Of a DNA stretch of 64,000 bases, positions 60,738-64,000 are shown piece by piece; positions within the stretch are counted from its first letter, which is position 1; every line of letters starts with the position of its first letter. The position numbers and the translations under genes are program-made. The DNA is from Pseudomonadota bacterium (GTDB taxonomy: Bacteria > Pseudomonadota > Gammaproteobacteria > Burkholderiales > Eutrophovitaceae): the NCBI GenBank assembly GCA_027624715.1, contig JAQBTV010000001.1, forward strand, positions 203,752-267,751, in the 5' to 3' direction. The notes below the pieces were generated by a model. That model had not been told where the DNA came from and made no database searches. It saw only the letters and a list, made by a program, of their open reading frames with translations.

Positions 60738-61861
60738 CCCCTTATATTTTTAGAAGATTACTCCTCATAATCCCAACACTGCTGGGGATTATGTTGACTA
60801 ATTTTTTAGTCATACAGGCGGCCCCTGGTGGGCCCGTGGAACAAGCAATCGCTCAACTATCTGGCCACTCTAATGCGATCACCGAGAAGGTGACCAAAAC
60901 AAGCAGTCAAGAGACCTTAAACAATGCAGCCTCTTCGAGTAAGGTTGGAAATAGCTCCTCAACCCCATATCGCGGTGCCCAAGGATTAGATCCAGAATTC
61001 ATCAAAGAGCTTGAGGTTCGATTTGGCTTTGATAAACCACTTCATGAACGATTCTTAAAAATGATGTCCGACTATCTCGTATTTGACTTTGGTAAAAGCT
61101 TTTACCGAGATACAGATGTCGTCGATTTAGTCCTGCAAAAGCTGCCTGTCTCAATTTCCCTAGGGCTTTGGACAACACTCATCGTTTACCTCATCTCGAT
61201 TCCACTTGGCATTCGAAAAGCAGTAGCAGACGGAAGCCAATTTGACATGATCACGAGCTTTGCGATTATTATCGGAACAGCGATCCCAAGTTTCTTATTC
61301 GCCGTGTTCATGATGGTTATTTTTGCCGGCGGGAGCTATCTAGACTGGTTTCCTTTAAGAGGCCTTCAATCCGAGGAGTTTTTAGGTACCGGGGTCTTTG
61401 AATGTGCAGTCAACTTCAGCTGTATGAAAGATTACATCTGGCATCTAGCACTCCCCATTATTTCTATGGTCATTGGTGGTTTTGCGGGACTCACAATGCT
61501 CACTAAAAATTCATTTATAGACCAAATTCATCAACAATACGTCATGACGGCACGAGCGAAGGGGTTAACAGAAAAACGTGTGCTCTATGGTCATGTTTTC
61601 AGAAACGCTATGTTGATCGTTATCGCCGGATTTCCGTCCGCATTAGTCAGCATTCTATTTACAGGATCACTACTTATCGAAATCATATTCTCCCTCGACG
61701 GGTTAGGGTTACTAGGCTTTGAAGCCGCATTTAGTCGGGACTACCCATTAATGTTTGGATCATTATTCTTTTTCTCCCTACTCGGTCTGGTCATGAATTT
61801 GATTGGGGATATCATGTACATGGTCATTGACCCTCGGATAGATTTCGAGGGTCAGTCTTAG
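60734..61861 (+). CDS. yejB: ABC transporter permease (YejB-like)
   Basis: 375 aa. It has the DppB/OppB-type N-terminus (YIFRRLLLIIPTLLGI), an EAA-like loop and PRIDFE at the C-terminus. Confidence 0.9.
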   Translation: MTPYIFRRLLLIIPTLLGIMLTNFLVIQAAPGGPVEQAIAQLSGHSNAITEKVTKTSSQETLNNAASSSKVGNSSSTPYRGAQGLDPEFIKELEVRFGFDKPLHERFLKMMSDYLVFDFGKSFYRDTDVVDLVLQKLPVSISLGLWTTLIVYLISIPLGIRKAVADGSQFDMITSFAIIIGTAIPSFLFAVFMMVIFAGGSYLDWFPLRGLQSEEFLGTGVFECAVNFSCMKDYIWHLALPIISMVIGGFAGLTMLTKNSFIDQIHQQYVMTARAKGLTEKRVLYGHVFRNAMLIVIAGFPSALVSILFTGSLLIEIIFSLDGLGLLGFEAAFSRDYPLMFGSLFFFSLLGLVMNLIGDIMYMVIDPRIDFEGQS

Positions 61862-61882
61862 CGACCCAAGAATACGAAAGAC

Positions 61883-62917
61883 ATGGCTATAACCAACCCT
61901 ATAACGTTGAGACGGCTTCAAAACTTTCGGAAAAGTAGCCGAGGCTACGTGTCGTTTTGGATCTTTCTAATGCTCCTTATACTAACGCTACCTGCGGAAT
62001 TCATTGCTAACGACAAGCCGATTGCAGTGTCCTATCAAGGAGAGATCTTTTTCCCTTTATTCAAACAATATAAGGAAACTGAATTTGGAGGGACGTTTGA
62101 AACAGAGGCAGATTACACAGACCCCCATATCATTAAAAAGATAGAAGCTGATGGGTGGATTATTAAACCCCTAATCCCCTTTAATCATCAGACCGTATCT
62201 TGGGATCTGCCCATGCCTGCGCCCTCAGCACCCGATGCGACACACCTTCTGGGGACTGATGACCAAGCTCGGGACGTACTTGCTCGGGTCATTTACGGCT
62301 TCCGGATATCCGTTATTTTCGGTTTCACATTAACACTTATCAGCGCCATTATTGGCGTCTTTGCGGGGGCACTTCAAGGCTATTTTGGGGGTTGGATTGA
62401 TCTGGTCGGGCAACGCTTTATTGAAATCTGGTCTGGGATGCCCACGCTATACTTATTAATCATTTTGTCCAGTGTCATTGAGCCTAATTTTTGGTGGCTG
62501 CTCGGACTGCTTCTTCTATTTAGTTGGATGGGATTCGTTGGCGTAGTTAGGGCGGAATTCTTAAGAGCTAGAAATTTTGATTACGTCAGAGCCGCCAGAG
62601 CGCTTGGCCTAGGTGATTTTAAAATCATGCTCCGCCATGTCCTCCCTAATGCCTTAGTAGCAACGATGGCGTTCATGCCGTTTACTTTGGCTGGATCCGT
62701 CACGGTCTTAACCTCATTAGATTTTCTTGGTATCGGATTACCCGCGGGCTCAGCCTCTCTAGGTGAGCTCTTAGCTCAGGGTAAAGCAAACTTCCAGGCG
62801 CCATGGCTCGCCTTAACCGGATTCTTTGCGATCGCCATCATGCTTAGTCTTCTGATATTCATCGGTGAAGCAGTGCGAGATGCATTTGATCCGAGAAAAC
62901 TATTTACCAGTAGGTAG
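61883..62917 (+). CDS. yejE: ABC transporter permease (YejE-like)
   Basis: 344 aa. It has a DppC/OppC-type core (LGTDDQARDVLARVIYG, permease core, DAFDPR). Confidence 0.9.
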   Translation: MAITNPITLRRLQNFRKSSRGYVSFWIFLMLLILTLPAEFIANDKPIAVSYQGEIFFPLFKQYKETEFGGTFETEADYTDPHIIKKIEADGWIIKPLIPFNHQTVSWDLPMPAPSAPDATHLLGTDDQARDVLARVIYGFRISVIFGFTLTLISAIIGVFAGALQGYFGGWIDLVGQRFIEIWSGMPTLYLLIILSSVIEPNFWWLLGLLLLFSWMGFVGVVRAEFLRARNFDYVRAARALGLGDFKIMLRHVLPNALVATMAFMPFTLAGSVTVLTSLDFLGIGLPAGSASLGELLAQGKANFQAPWLALTGFFAIAIMLSLLIFIGEAVRDAFDPRKLFTSR

Positions 62918-62943
62918 CCATGGGAAAATAAATCCCCCTACTC

Positions 62944-64000
62944 ATGACATCACCTCTACTCAGCATTAGCAATCTCGACGTTTCCTTTAATCAAGGAGAT
63001 ACGCACACTATCGCAGTAAAGAATGTTTCAATGGATGTCTATCGCGGAGAGACGGTCGCCCTTATTGGAGAGAGTGGATCTGGGAAGTCAGTCACCGCAC
63101 TGTCGGCACTGCAACTGCTTCCCTATCCAACCGCACAACATTCGCAAAGTAGTTCAATTCGATTTGATAACCTTGAACTCGTTCAAGCATCCGAGAAAAC
63201 GCTCAGATCCATTAGAGGCAACAGAATATCAATGATATTTCAAGAGCCAATGACATCTCTAAATCCCTTGCACACCGTTGAGAAGCAAATTGGCGAAGTC
63301 TTTCTCCTTCATGAAAGGCTAAACAAACGCCAAGCCAGAGCGAGAGTAATTGAGCTACTTGAGTTAGTCAAAATACCCAACCCGAGCGAAAGGCTAGAGT
63401 CCTACCCGCATCAATTGTCAGGCGGGCAAAGACAACGTGTAATGATTGCAATGGCGCTAGCAAATAAACCAGATCTTTTAATTGCGGATGAACCCACTAC
63501 CGCCGTGGATGTCACGGTACAAGCGCAACTTCTCGAACTACTACAATCATTACAAAAAAAACTCGGCATGGCGATACTTCTAATTACCCATGACTTAAGG
63601 GTAGTCTCAAAAATGGCAAGTCGCGTATATGTCATGAAACAGGGAGAAATCGTAGAAGCTGGAACAGTTGATGCTACATTTTCGAACCCGCAACATGATT
63701 ACACCAGAATGCTAATCAACTCAAAGCCATCTGGTCATCCTGAACCTATCTCTCACTCTGCGGATGAAGTAGTCCACGTCGACAACCTCCGCGTTTGGTT
63801 TCCAATCAAACGTGGGCTCTTCCGTAAACCTGTTGGCTACATCAAAGCAGTAGATGACATTAACTTTTCGATAAAAAAAGGGGAGACACTAGGGCTCGTC
63901 GGAGAAAGCGGGTCGGGGAAAAGCTCTCTAGGAATGGCTTGTTTGAGATTAATTGATAGCATTGGAAACATTAATATTGCTAATCAAAAAATCGACCAAC
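62944..64000 (+). CDS. yejF: ABC transporter ATP-binding protein with duplicated ATPase domains (YejF-like); 3' end beyond the window
   Basis: Not in the ORF track because there is no stop inside the window. Hand translation from ATG 62944 gives MTSPLLSISNLDVSF...GESGSGKSV...LSGGQRQRVMIAMALANKPDLLIADEPTTAVD... A second Walker A (GESGSGKSS) lies near 63900. Confidence 0.92.
   Translation, partial: MTSPLLSISNLDVSFNQGDTHTIAVKNVSMDVYRGETVALIGESGSGKSVTALSALQLLPYPTAQHSQSSSIRFDNLELVQASEKTLRSIRGNRISMIFQEPMTSLNPLHTVEKQIGEVFLLHERLNKRQARARVIELLELVKIPNPSERLESYPHQLSGGQRQRVMIAMALANKPDLLIADEPTTAVDVTVQAQLLELLQSLQKKLGMAILLITHDLRVVSKMASRVYVMKQGEIVEAGTVDATFSNPQHDYTRMLINSKPSGHPEPISHSADEVVHVDNLRVWFPIKRGLFRKPVGYIKAVDDINFSIKKGETLGLVGESGSGKSSLGMACLRLIDSIGNINIANQKIDQ

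Noticed and set aside
63023-63635. Track ORFs 63023-63235 (+) and 63411-63635 (-)
   Set aside because: Both lie inside the yejF-like ABC ATPase gene, in the wrong frame or on the wrong strand. The real frame, open from 62944 to the window end, carries Walker A, signature and Walker B motifs.

Overview
This 64 kb window is mostly core chromosome from a compact Gram-negative genome, probably beta- or gammaproteobacterial. Sampled 60-nt lines give about 45-48% GC, and intergenic gaps are very short. Three conserved blocks dominate. (1) rpoD-dnaG-yqeY-rpsU, divergent from tsaD, followed by plsY, xerD, ogt, rplS-trmD-rimM-rpsP, ffh, ypjD, yfjD, coaE and yacG. (2) A mutT-like fusion, a DUF815 ATPase, argJ, secA and a DUF721 gene, then a complete 17-gene dcw cluster from lpxC/ftsZ back to mraZ (35.7-54.3 kb, minus strand). 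(3) rnpB, pyrC, rsmI, diaA, dolP, hldC and yejABEF. The left 14 kb is the only accessory-looking part. It holds a five-gene MoxR/DUF58/vWA membrane operon whose last gene runs off the window edge and is missing from the ORF track. It also holds an arylsulfatase-B-like protein in which essentially every catalytic residue is substituted, and a nearby secreted FGE-fold protein that lacks both catalytic cysteines. Between them lie an FMN-dependent hydroxy-acid dehydrogenase pseudogene with four lesions and a very acidic 94-aa ORF. Further right are an AT-rich alkA-like gene, a gene relic, a GC-rich TfdA/TauD-type dioxygenase and a tRNA with a CAT anticodon. Non-coding features read directly from the sequence: RNase P RNA, the tRNA, three hairpin terminators, a 10-bp-phased GTGGG-type box array upstream of mraZ, a perfect 49-bp tandem duplication of the tsaD 3' end, and a (CCTCCC)3 repeat encoding hexaproline in FtsL. 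I saw no CRISPR array, transposase, phage integrase or recognisable defence system. The most unusual content is the paired degenerate sulfatase and degenerate FGE-fold proteins, followed by the uncharacterised MoxR-vWA operon.
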